A stretch of 32,000 nucleotides of DNA from Candidatus Kuenenia stuttgartensis (GTDB taxonomy: Bacteria; Planctomycetota; Brocadiia; Brocadiales; Brocadiaceae), in NCBI RefSeq assembly GCF_900232105.1, contig NZ_LT934425.1:4230001-4262000 (forward strand), read 5' to 3'. Each line of letters opens with the position of its first letter. Position 1 is the first letter of the stretch. A model generated the notes under the pieces. That model made no database searches. It was not told where the DNA came from and worked only from the letters and a program-made list of their open reading frames with translations. Positions 16,706-25,111 of the stretch are shown piece by piece. Both the position numbers and the translations under genes were made by a program.

Positions 16706-19700
16706 TTAAAATTTCTTGCATTCCGGCTTGTGAGTACCGGATAGTATCGATCTGTACAGAGCTTCTGTTTCCGGTGAAGGTGTAATCTGATAAACCGAAG
16801 AGAGTGCATTCCTTAAATGGTGATAAACCTTAACTGCTTCCAAACGCTTGTCAAGCCTATGGTGACACATCATAAGCCGCTGGTAAAACTCCTCTGCAAG
16901 ATTATCTATCTCAATCGCCCTTTCATAATATTCCACTGCAATTTGCCATTGTTTCGCACGTTCCAGATAATTCCCTGATAACATAACCAGCCTGAAAAAC
17001 TTTTTCTGTAAGGATTTCCGGATTGATACAGTCCATAAACATGATATATCCGCCGGCAGAAAACACCCTTTATAGAGATCAAAGGCCTTTTCAAACAACT
17101 TTAAAACATCGGGTCGCACAAGGGGGACGGGCTTTTCAGATACGGATGCACCGGCAATTTCCTCCAGTAACCTTTCAAATACCCATACATCAACCCAGCA
17201 ATACCGGCTGTCAAGCGATAAATGTCCGCCTTGTAGCTTGATTGCCGCATCATTGCCAATGAGGCGGCGCAACCGGTACAATGTGCTCTCAAAGGCATGA
17301 TGCGCCATGTCTCCTTCTGTATCGGGCCACAGCATATTTGTTACCCGGTCTATAGATACTTCCTTGCTTCCCAGTGAAATAATCGCCTTGATAAGTTCCA
17401 ATGGCTTGCGCGGTACCTTTCCGGACATGGAAACGGGGCTGTCTTCTTTCAGCAGGGTAAACCTCCCCAGCGTGAATATCTTTAACGGCCACGGCCAGTT
17501 TTCACACCCCAGAGGCGGCGTATCGGGAACCAGTTTGCGTGTGCGGACAAGTTCACGGACGTACTCGGCCTCGATTCCTGCCTCAAGCGCCTTTATGCAC
17601 AATCGTGAGACGACTTCAGGCCGCCATAAGAAGCAGTTGATGAAACGATGTTCCCTCCCAAACGACATTGCCTTGCGCAACGCTGCCAGCCCCTCTTCCT
17701 CTGAAGTTCCTTTTCCGCTACACTCCAATGCTAACCAGGCTTTCGTCAGGAGGCACATATGTTTGATAAGCTTGCTCTTTGTCTGCCGTCCAATTTGTTG
17801 GGCACGATTGAGCCAGGATATTGCTTCACGGTATTCTCCCCTTGCCGCAAAGATATGTGCCGCTGCAACATGATTTACCGCAACAGGGAGATACGCTCCT
17901 ATCTTTGCGACCAGGCTGGTATGTATTCTCATGTGTTCTGCGGCAGATGACAAATTTCCACTGGTCAGATCTCTCCATGCACACAGGAAGTGATAGAAGA
18001 TAATGTCGATTTTTCGTGCATGTGTCAGACCGGACGCTATTTTACGAATCATTCCATTGGCTGTTTCAATATCTCCGTCGCTCAGTGCTGCGCAAGCCGC
18101 AAATGAGAGGAGGTGGTGATCCCAGAAATGTATGCCCGTTTCGCAAGAAAGCTTTAACGCCTCAGAAACAGTACGAAGACACGACTCAACGGAACCTGTA
18201 AGCCATGCATACATGGCCTTTGTATTTTCCCACAAAAGGCGCTCCATCGGAAGGATTGTTTCGGATCGTAACCCTTCGCTGATCGAGTTTATTACAATGC
18301 CGACATTTGCAAAATCACCCATCCACAAGTAATGTACCGCAAGATGAAATCCGAGCTGGAGACGAAGGTTTACCTCTCTGCACTCCTGCAGACACAAAAA
18401 AACGCGGTGAGCCCATTTATCAATCTCAGGGTGATTTGGTTCCCTCATCGCCATAATGAAAAACCTGCAGGGAAGAACCCTCAATTCAACTTCAAATGAA
18501 GGGAAGGGTGTTCTTTTCTGAAATATGTCATCAAATAATGAAGCATAGTTGTCAAGACGGGGAAAATCTTCAAATTCGTGAAAAATAGTATCTACCGCAT
18601 ACGACCAGGACAGCCACATGCCCGTTTGTTCATTCCAGGCGCGGAACTGCATAAATGCCCTGTCAAAACAACCACGGCTTTCTGTAAGATTGTACGATAA
18701 TTTACAAACACCGTGCCAGTAAAGGATCCACGGTTCATTATCTCTTGTTTCTTCAGGAATATTTGTAATCCATTCCACAAGCGTCTTTGTTCTCCCCTGC
18801 GCTATGAGGGACGATGCATGGCTGCAGGTTAGCTTGATAAGACCATCCCAGTCACCAACATTAATGAATAAAAGGGCAGCATCTTCTATTTGCCCTGATT
18901 TTCCAAGAAGTGCGGCAGCCTTTCGCTGCATAGCAGACAATCTTCCGGTGTCAAAAGAATCCCTTGCCCTGGAGAGCAGAAATTCCCTGAAAAGCGGGTG
19001 GTATTGATAAATAGTCTCCTTCTGATAGTGTGCCGTGGTAAAGTAATTCTTTCGGGTCAGTTCGTGCAGGATGCGTCCCGATTCGCTGACGCCGGTGAGT
19101 TTTTCTGCCATGTGTATCGTCATTCTTGGCAAAAAGGCTGTCTTAAGTAAGAATATCTGCGTTTTCTTATCTGTCTTTATAAAGATTTCATTTGCAAAAT
19201 AGTCAAATGCCTTTTCGTATATTGATCCGCTTCGTAGCGTATCATCAAGACCCTTTGTTCTTATGTGCTCCGCTATAAGTACAAGACCTGCCGCCCAGCC
19301 TTCTGTTTGTGTGTATAACCGGGTTAAGGATGTGTTTGCTATTCTCTTTTTTGCCCCTACCAGAAGTATCTCCTTAGACTCTTTCATGGTAAACCTGACC
19401 TCTTCCCGTCCAATAAGATGGGATTTATTGTTTGCACTAATACTGGCATAGTGGGGAGGCGGGTCATTCCGGCTGACGGCTATAATACTGATACCATCAG
19501 GGATTATATCGAGGCTGCTGGTAAGCGTTTTATGAAATAAAGAATTAACAGGCGCATCCTGTATATTGTCAAAAACGATTATCCATGGTGACGTCAGTCT
19601 GCTATACAACTCTTCAAAATACCGTTTGGTAAACAGGGGAATACTCTGTTGGTACTCAGGCGTTAACAAGGGGAGGGGTTTCCTATGCGATGGAACAGCC

Positions 19701-19963
19701 TTCTTTACCGCTATTCCCATAGAGTAGAAAAAGGTTGCAATATCAGCATCGCCTTCATCCACGCGGTACCACAGATAGGAGAGCTTACGGCTATTCAGAT
19801 AGCTTGCCGCAAGGGTTGTCTTTCCGGAACCGGCAGGCGCCGATATCCAGATTACAGGCTTGTCCCTGCCTTTATCCATCAAGCGGAACAGTCTTTCTCT
19901 GGGAAAGATACCCGCAATCTTGGGGCGGGTTATTTTTGCTATAAAAGTATTTATTTTTTCCAT
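16706..19963 (-). CDS. Large transcriptional regulator: N-terminal MalT-like STAND ATPase, helical/TPR-like sensor, C-terminal SARP module (OmpR-type wHTH plus BTAD)
   Basis: The Walker A motif is SAPAGSGKTTLA and the Walker B motif is IIVFDNIQD. It also has YRVDEGD, as in MalT/LAL N-termini. About 550 aa of helical repeats follow. The C-terminal wHTH is FTLGRFTLL....PVSMSGKVPRKPLELIKAIISLG..EVSIDRVTNMLWPD........AFESTLYRLRRLIG. The BTAD region is AFDLYKGCFLP...W.......L..KFFRLVMLSGNYLERAKQWQIAVEYYERAIEIDNLAEEFYQRLMMCHHRLDKRLEAVKVYHHLRNALSSVYQITPSPETEALYRSIL. The likely start is M29 (ATG 19963); the track ORF extends to 20047. Confidence 0.85.
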   Translation of the reverse strand: MEKINTFIAKITRPKIAGIFPRERLFRLMDKGRDKPVIWISAPAGSGKTTLAASYLNSRKLSYLWYRVDEGDADIATFFYSMGIAVKKAVPSHRKPLPLLTPEYQQSIPLFTKRYFEELYSRLTSPWIIVFDNIQDAPVNSLFHKTLTSSLDIIPDGISIIAVSRNDPPPHYASISANNKSHLIGREEVRFTMKESKEILLVGAKKRIANTSLTRLYTQTEGWAAGLVLIAEHIRTKGLDDTLRSGSIYEKAFDYFANEIFIKTDKKTQIFLLKTAFLPRMTIHMAEKLTGVSESGRILHELTRKNYFTTAHYQKETIYQYHPLFREFLLSRARDSFDTGRLSAMQRKAAALLGKSGQIEDAALLFINVGDWDGLIKLTCSHASSLIAQGRTKTLVEWITNIPEETRDNEPWILYWHGVCKLSYNLTESRGCFDRAFMQFRAWNEQTGMWLSWSYAVDTIFHEFEDFPRLDNYASLFDDIFQKRTPFPSFEVELRVLPCRFFIMAMREPNHPEIDKWAHRVFLCLQECREVNLRLQLGFHLAVHYLWMGDFANVGIVINSISEGLRSETILPMERLLWENTKAMYAWLTGSVESCLRTVSEALKLSCETGIHFWDHHLLSFAACAALSDGDIETANGMIRKIASGLTHARKIDIIFYHFLCAWRDLTSGNLSSAAEHMRIHTSLVAKIGAYLPVAVNHVAAAHIFAARGEYREAISWLNRAQQIGRQTKSKLIKHMCLLTKAWLALECSGKGTSEEEGLAALRKAMSFGREHRFINCFLWRPEVVSRLCIKALEAGIEAEYVRELVRTRKLVPDTPPLGCENWPWPLKIFTLGRFTLLKEDSPVSMSGKVPRKPLELIKAIISLGSKEVSIDRVTNMLWPDTEGDMAHHAFESTLYRLRRLIGNDAAIKLQGGHLSLDSRYCWVDVWVFERLLEEIAGASVSEKPVPLVRPDVLKLFEKAFDLYKGCFLPADISCLWTVSIRKSLQKKFFRLVMLSGNYLERAKQWQIAVEYYERAIEIDNLAEEFYQRLMMCHHRLDKRLEAVKVYHHLRNALSSVYQITPSPETEALYRSILSGTHKPECKKF

Positions 19964-20180
19964 ACAGCGACTTGTTTTATAAATAACCGGATCAAAACGG
20001 TCCGTAAGGGAAAGGAAAGAGAATTTGAGGAAACAGAGAAAAATCACGCCATGTTTTATCCTTTTACTTTCCGCCTTTCCAAAATCCCCCCTACGTCTTT
20101 TTTGCGTTTATAGGCATTTGGAGGTATTTTATCAAGACAATTCCGTGAGAAATGTCTTCAGGATTTTCAGAAATTATTGA

Positions 20181-20263
20181 TGGGATAATATAGGAGAATA
20201 GGGACACTTCCCTTATTATCCCACCAGATCAATCAAGAAATATAGGAAGTGTCCATATTCTCC
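20181..20263. repeat. Overlapping alternative inverted repeats (structured element)
   Basis: IR-1 is tgggataata at 20181-20190 with tattatccca at 20214-20223. IR-2 is ggagaatagggacacttcc at 20193-20211 with ggaagtgtccatattctcc at 20245-20263. The left arm of IR-2 lies within the loop of IR-1. Confidence 0.5.
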
Positions 20264-20264
20264 C

Positions 20265-20321
20265 CAATGCTTCGCCCTTACATTGCAATTATTGTAATTT
20301 TTCAAAAAACTAAAGTGTTAC
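20265..20321. repeat. Half copy of the REP-hairpin/TIR element (right arm plus TIR)
   Basis: caatgcttcgcccttac...tttttcaaaaaactaaagtgttac is collinear with 2584-2656 apart from an internal deletion. The left hairpin arm is absent. Confidence 0.6.
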
Positions 20322-20329
20322 CGTGATAT

Positions 20330-20587
20330 TCATTTGTTTGCCGAGGGTGTTTTGGACAAAAGAATATCTTTATAAACAGCTTTAAGCATTTCCCTCCCTT
20401 GAGGTTTTGGTATTTTTCTCCGTTCCTTCTTTGCCGTTTCCAGCCAGAGGTACCTGGCTGTTTTAACTTCTTCCAGGGCTTCTTCTTCCGTTTCACCAAA
20501 AGCCGAACATTCAGACAATTCCGGCACTACAGCAATATATCCCTCGTCCTCTTCACTATAGAATATTTCAATTGCATACTTATACAT
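20330..20587 (-). CDS. HicB-like antitoxin (UPF0150 family), with no HicA partner
   Basis: The 85-aa sequence MYKYAIEIFYSEEDEGYIAVVPELSECSAFGETEEEALEEVKTARYLWLETAKKERRKIPKP matches the HicB N-terminal fold signature (..EDGGY.A..P.L.GC...G.T.EEA..N...A...W.E). A TATAAT on the sense strand (plus 20609-20614) and the RBS AGGAAAG precede the ATG. Confidence 0.75.
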   Translation of the reverse strand: MYKYAIEIFYSEEDEGYIAVVPELSECSAFGETEEEALEEVKTARYLWLETAKKERRKIPKPQGREMLKAVYKDILLSKTPSANK

Positions 20588-20659
20588 TCAATCGCTTTCC
20601 TCTAAGAGATTATATTTTTCAATTCAGACAACCTGTGAAAGCTTAAGAAGGCTGTCGGA

Positions 20660-20692
20660 AAGCCGTGTGCGGGAAAATCGCATGCACGGTTT
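20660..20692 (+). ncRNA. Group II intron domain V-like hairpin (fragment)
   Basis: AAGCCGTGTGCGGGAAAATCGCATGCACGGTTT forms a 9-bp lower stem (20660-20668 with 20684-20692) that includes the AGC triad. It also has a 2-nt bulge (AT, 20682-20683) on the 3' strand and a GCGG/TCGC upper stem capped by a GAAA-type loop. This matches the ~34-nt domain V consensus RAGCCGURU...GAAA...AYACGGUUY. I could not identify the 5' domains or an RT ORF. Confidence 0.45.
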
Positions 20693-20865
20693 GACGAGGG
20701 GCAGGTGATAAGTATATGGCGGAGATATGGTGGCACTGGCGGGAAACCAGCCAGCAAACAGAGAAAACAAACTTCTGCCTAAGTTCTCGTCGTCTGTTTC
20801 TACTCTACTGAAATCTGTGGTTCCTCTTTCGTATTTCGTGCTTGTTCGGTTCTGGCTATGCCAGC

Positions 20866-21492
20866 TTAGTTTTTTGTCTTTCTGCCGATTTTATTTTCTG
20901 TGCCGTTGATGATGCGTTTGATATTGGATTTGTGCCGGAAAATGAGAAATAATGAGATAAAGATGGAAAATAATGTTAAAGACAACCCGCTGCCGAAGGG
21001 TTCGTTATTTAACAGTATTATACTGATTACCAATACAACGGTACTGACCATTGACCCTAATGATACGTAGCGTGAAATAAAAGTGGTTAATAACCATGCG
21101 GCTACTGAAATGAACAGAGGTAAGGGAGCTAACCACAGAAATACACCGCACCCGGTTGCGGCGGCCTTGCCTCCTTTAAAACCTAAAAAGACCGGAAAGG
21201 TATGCCCCAATATAACACCGGTGCCGCACAATATAGCATATAAGCTGCGGCTTTGTCCTGACGTCACGTAATCAAAAATTAAAACCGGAAGAAAACCCTT
21301 CATCATGTCAAGAATGAAAACCAGTATCCCATACTTTTTCCCCATTACCCGCCACACGTTGGTTGCTCCAGGATTGCCGCTTCCTGCCTCACGAATGTCG
21401 ATGCCTTTTGCCACCCTGGCAATAATAAACCCAAACGGAATGCTCCCAATAAAATATGAAATAACCGGACTTATTATATTTATCATGAACAT
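20866..21492 (-). CDS. plsY: Glycerol-3-phosphate acyltransferase PlsY
   Basis: 208 aa and polytopic. The N-terminus YFIGSIPFGFIIAR...GIDIREAGSGNPGATNVWRVMGKKYG..VFILDMMKGFLPV is the PlsY signature. Confidence 0.9.
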   Translation of the reverse strand: MFMINIISPVISYFIGSIPFGFIIARVAKGIDIREAGSGNPGATNVWRVMGKKYGILVFILDMMKGFLPVLIFDYVTSGQSRSLYAILCGTGVILGHTFPVFLGFKGGKAAATGCGVFLWLAPLPLFISVAAWLLTTFISRYVSLGSMVSTVVLVISIILLNNEPFGSGLSLTLFSIFISLFLIFRHKSNIKRIINGTENKIGRKTKN

Positions 21493-21517
21493 GGAAGAAC
21501 CTTTTTTAAAAAATGTT

Positions 21518-22414
21518 TTAGGACAACCCCGAAAAATGCCACCAAAATTTGTGAAACGTGTACGGCGAATAATAGCGGTGAATGTATACCTTCCAATCTC
21601 TGTCTATCGCCGGGTCGGTCGTCATGTATGCTTTGAAAAATCGTATCCTGTCTGTTTTTGATACATGGGAAAGCGGCTTTTCTGTTTTTTTACCTTGCAG
21701 CCAATAATATTTTTCAAGGGAACGGTCTAATCGCAGCAAATTCTTCATTCTTTTACCGATAGTTAATTGACGCCAAACCGTTGATTTGTCCAAATCAATT
21801 ATGTACGCTTCAAATGTTCCCCCGGAAATCTTCTTTAAGAGCATATTTTTTAAATGTAAGTCCGCATGGTATATTCCCGCGTCATGCATTTTTCTTATCA
21901 ATTTTGCCAGGGTAAAAATAACAGATTTTTTTGAGTGGACATCTACTGCAGGTTGTTCATTGAGAAAGTCTATTAAATCAACGGCGCCTGCAATCTCCTT
22001 CGATATGAAATTGGCCGAATAAAAAATGCCCCATCTCTTTTTTTTTGTTACGGCGATGGCTTCCGCGGAGGTTATGCCGTTTTTTCGGGCAACTTCATGT
22101 ACATAGATTTCATTTAATGGCCGGTCGCCGAAAAAGAATACATTTCCTAAAAGCCTGCCCAACATACCGCCATGTTTATAGTTTCTGACAATGAGTCTTT
22201 CACCGCCGTTTTTTTTAATAGGAATGGTCGGATAGCGGCCCCTTCCCTGCTTTATTTGAAAAGAATCCTGATTGCCTGCTTCTGACACCAATGGAGGGGA
22301 AATTATGTCTGCAATAAATTCTTTATAATCTTCTTTTACACATATGATAGTCTTATTGCTTCTCATTATGGAAAAATGCGGGGGTATTTTTGTTGTATGC
22401 GGCATACAGTTCAT
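21518..22414 (-). CDS. Lipopolysaccharide kinase family protein (Kdo/WaaP-type)
   Basis: 298 aa. It carries the protein-kinase-like catalytic loop GIYHADLHLKNMLL followed by IIDLDKS. It lies next to, and divergent from, an LPS heptosyltransferase. Confidence 0.75.
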   Translation of the reverse strand: MNCMPHTTKIPPHFSIMRSNKTIICVKEDYKEFIADIISPPLVSEAGNQDSFQIKQGRGRYPTIPIKKNGGERLIVRNYKHGGMLGRLLGNVFFFGDRPLNEIYVHEVARKNGITSAEAIAVTKKKRWGIFYSANFISKEIAGAVDLIDFLNEQPAVDVHSKKSVIFTLAKLIRKMHDAGIYHADLHLKNMLLKKISGGTFEAYIIDLDKSTVWRQLTIGKRMKNLLRLDRSLEKYYWLQGKKTEKPLSHVSKTDRIRFFKAYMTTDPAIDRDWKVYIHRYYSPYTFHKFWWHFSGLS

Positions 22415-22472
22415 ATACTGTCGGGGTAAAGCTTAGTGAAAAAAGGGGTGATTTAAACCATCGATTATGATG

Positions 22473-22537
22473 TACGAATTACGATTTGCGAGGTACGATT
22501 TAAATCCCAAATCCCAAATCCCAAATCGTAATTCGTA
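22473..22537. repeat. 16-bp perfect inverted repeat enclosing an (AAATCCC)x3 heptamer tandem
   Basis: tacgaattacgatttg at 22473-22488 and caaatcgtaattcgta at 22522-22537 are exact complements. The heptamer units are at 22502-22508, 22509-22515 and 22516-22522, with a partial fourth unit. tacgattt also recurs at 22480 and 22494. Confidence 0.85.
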
Positions 22538-22745
22538 AATCTTATAGAAGTCTGCATGGGTGTTTCATTATATATCACGAATTCCATGAATACAAACGCA
22601 AAGTTGCTATTCCTGCATTGTGATAAACGGTGGCGTATAACGGGTTAAATTGGAGTTGCAAATACACATTTCGGCGGGTACATTAACCCGAAAGATGAAC
22701 TGCCGCAGAAAATATCGTAAAAGGACGGAGATAGGGTTTTCAAAT

Positions 22746-23840
22746 ATGAAAATAGGGAAAAACAGCATCAACCAGAAAAATATTTTAATTGTTCGCCTGG
22801 GTGCTATGGGTGATATTATTCACGTGATTCCTGCCGTAAAAAATGTAAGAGAAGCATTGCCCACCAGCAAAATTACATGGCTTGTTGAGGATAATATTAA
22901 GGATTTGGTTGAAATGGTTCCCGAAGTGGATGAAGTGCTTGTCTTCCCCCGGAAGCGATGGCAATCATGGTTATTGCGTCCGGAACGGTATTTTCAATTC
23001 ATTTCAGAAATGTTTGCCTTTTTTAAACAATTAAACATGAAAAGGTATGATATTGTATTGGATTTTCATGGTAATTTTAAAAGCGGCCTTTTGGGATATC
23101 TAAGCGCCGCAAAAATACGGGTGGGGTTTTCCATGGGATATTGTAAAGAATTCAATTATATTTTTACGAATGTGCATATTACTCCGCGGCAAAAAACCAT
23201 GCACAGAATTGAAAAATACCTGTCGCTCGTTCAGGGATTGGGCATCGAAGCATATTATAAAAAACCGGTGTTTTCTGTTCCGGAACAAGACAATAATTAT
23301 ATTGACGATTTTATCCTCAAAAACCATTTGGGTCAGAAATCCATGGCGATTATTCATCCGGGAACAAGCCTGTTTGGCAAATACAAGAGATGGCCGACGG
23401 AAAAATATGCGCGTTTGTCAGACAAATTGATAGAAGATTTCGGATATGCAGTGATTTTTACGTGGAGCGGCCCGGAATATAACATTGCAGAGGATATCCG
23501 GTCGCACATGCATTTCCCGGCGATAATTGCATGCAAGACCGCATCGGTGAAACAGTTGGTTGCGTTATTGCAACGTGCGGATATTTATATTGGAGGGGAT
23601 ACCGGGCCTACCCATCTTGCATCATGCCTTGGGATTCCTACAATAGCAGTTTTCGGGCCAAAGGACCCGGTTGTTTACGCACCCTTTGATGAGAATGCGT
23701 CGGTGGTGAGAAAAGACATTCATTGCAGTCCTTGTGAAAAACGCAGGTGTGAACATGTTACGTGCATTCACTCAATAACCCCTGACGATGTATACAGCGA
23801 AATCTGTAAATTAAGGAAGAAAAGAGGTTTGACTTTTTAA
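22746..23840 (+). CDS. Glycosyltransferase family 9 (ADP-heptose:LPS heptosyltransferase-like)
   Basis: The N-terminus ILIVRLGAMGDIIHVIPAV and the C-terminal GGDTGPTHLASCLGIPTIAVFGP are GT9 hallmarks. The likely start is ATG 22746 (MKIGKNS); the track ORF begins at TTG 22650. Confidence 0.85.
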   Translation: MKIGKNSINQKNILIVRLGAMGDIIHVIPAVKNVREALPTSKITWLVEDNIKDLVEMVPEVDEVLVFPRKRWQSWLLRPERYFQFISEMFAFFKQLNMKRYDIVLDFHGNFKSGLLGYLSAAKIRVGFSMGYCKEFNYIFTNVHITPRQKTMHRIEKYLSLVQGLGIEAYYKKPVFSVPEQDNNYIDDFILKNHLGQKSMAIIHPGTSLFGKYKRWPTEKYARLSDKLIEDFGYAVIFTWSGPEYNIAEDIRSHMHFPAIIACKTASVKQLVALLQRADIYIGGDTGPTHLASCLGIPTIAVFGPKDPVVYAPFDENASVVRKDIHCSPCEKRRCEHVTCIHSITPDDVYSEICKLRKKRGLTF

Positions 23841-23908
23841 ATATTGCCTGATAACATATCGCTTCGCTTTACTATTAATAGAAGCCGATATTTAGGAGAG
23901 ATTTTGTT

Positions 23909-24880
23909 TTGGAAACAGAGGATATTTTCGCTTCAATCGAACCACTCATGGATGAGGTAGAAGCCCGGTTTTACAAAGAATTACAACCACAGAATAACTC
24001 ACTGGCAGACCTCGTTGTACATATAAGTAAATATAAAGGAAAAAGGCTGCGGCCCGCCTTAACGCTGCTTTCAGGCAAATGTATAAGCGATACGGCACCT
24101 CAGCACATAGACCTTGCTGTTGTTGTGGAAATGGTGCATACCGCGACATTGGTGCACGATGATATCATCGATGAGGCTGCCATGAGAAGGCATGTCGAAA
24201 GTATGAATTCAAAGTGGGGACGTGAAATATCCATTCTGTTTGGTGATTATTTGTTTTCGCGCGGCTTTACCATCCTTTCCGCCCTTGATTCTCAAATAGC
24301 AACTCTGCTGCTTTCTCAAACGGTAAATACGATGTGCGAAGGCGAGTTGATTCAGTTGAAAAGACGCTATGATGTGGGGCTTAGTGAAGAAGATTATATT
24401 GATATTATCGAAAAGAAAACCGCTTCATTGTGCGCCACAAGTTGCCGTTTAGGCGCCACCTTTGCCGGGGCAAACCATAAGCTTTCGGAGATGATGTCAA
24501 ATTACGGCTTAAAAATCGGTACCGCCTTTCAGATAATAGATGATTGCCTTGATTTTATGGGAGATGAAGATGAGGTTGGCAAATCGCTGAATACGGATAT
24601 TAAAAAAGGGAAACTCACCTTACCGCTTATCCGGCTGGTGCATCAACTCCCCGTAAGCAAGAGGGAATCAACAAAGGAGTTGATCTTTAAAGGTCATTTA
24701 GATGAAAAAAAGGACGCCATCGTAGAGTTGCTTACCGAACACGATGCCGTAGAGTACGCATTTGACAGGGCAAGAAGCATTGTTAAACAGGCGCAGGATG
24801 TGATTGCACCGCTTCCCGATTCTCAATACAAGACAGCGCTTATTGAACTGGCAGATTATATCATTGCCAGGAAAAAATAA
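23909..24880 (+). CDS. Long-chain trans-polyprenyl diphosphate synthase (IspB/HepT-like)
   Basis: The two aspartate-rich motifs are LVHDDIIDEAAMRR and FQIIDDCLDF. The start is TTG 23909, with AGGAG 8 nt upstream. Confidence 0.88.
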   Translation: METEDIFASIEPLMDEVEARFYKELQPQNNSLADLVVHISKYKGKRLRPALTLLSGKCISDTAPQHIDLAVVVEMVHTATLVHDDIIDEAAMRRHVESMNSKWGREISILFGDYLFSRGFTILSALDSQIATLLLSQTVNTMCEGELIQLKRRYDVGLSEEDYIDIIEKKTASLCATSCRLGATFAGANHKLSEMMSNYGLKIGTAFQIIDDCLDFMGDEDEVGKSLNTDIKKGKLTLPLIRLVHQLPVSKRESTKELIFKGHLDEKKDAIVELLTEHDAVEYAFDRARSIVKQAQDVIAPLPDSQYKTALIELADYIIARKK

Positions 24881-24901
24881 AAAAGAAGAAAGGACTGCTT
24901 T

Positions 24902-25111
24902 ATGTTTTCCATACCAGGTGGTTGGGAGTGGATTATAATCGCGTTAATTGCTTTTCTCATATTTGGCAAAAGACTGCCTGGCATTATGAAAAATGTCGGA
25001 AGAAGTATTGCTGAGTTCAGGAAGGGCTTTAAAAACGTTGAAGAAGAAATAAACGAAGTGAAAGAAATAAAAGGCAATATCGATACTATTACTAAATTTA
25101 AGATTAATTGA
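24902..25111 (+). CDS. tatA: Twin-arginine translocase subunit TatA/E
   Basis: 69 aa. It has a single N-terminal TM helix (WEWIIIALIAFLIFG), then the hinge and amphipathic helix KRLPGIMKNVGRSIAEFRKGFK. Confidence 0.88.
   Translation: MFSIPGGWEWIIIALIAFLIFGKRLPGIMKNVGRSIAEFRKGFKNVEEEINEVKEIKGNIDTITKFKIN

Noticed and set aside
17307-17873. A 188-aa ORF antisense to the STAND-SARP regulator, plus several smaller ones between 17023 and 20113
   Set aside because: It is antisense to a long ORF with clear domain motifs and has no motifs of its own.
20743-20761. The bulged-A GAAA hairpin as domain VI of the putative group II intron
   Set aside because: It lies about 50 nt after domain V, whereas a canonical intron has only a few nt there. 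The distance from the bulged A to any AY 3' end is also off. It is mentioned only as context.
22501-22528. The AAATCCC heptamer tandem as a telomere-like repeat
   Set aside because: There are only three units, they are internal to a bacterial-type gene neighbourhood, and the unit does not match the known telomere unit CCCTAAA. It is treated instead as a possible promoter spacer repeat.
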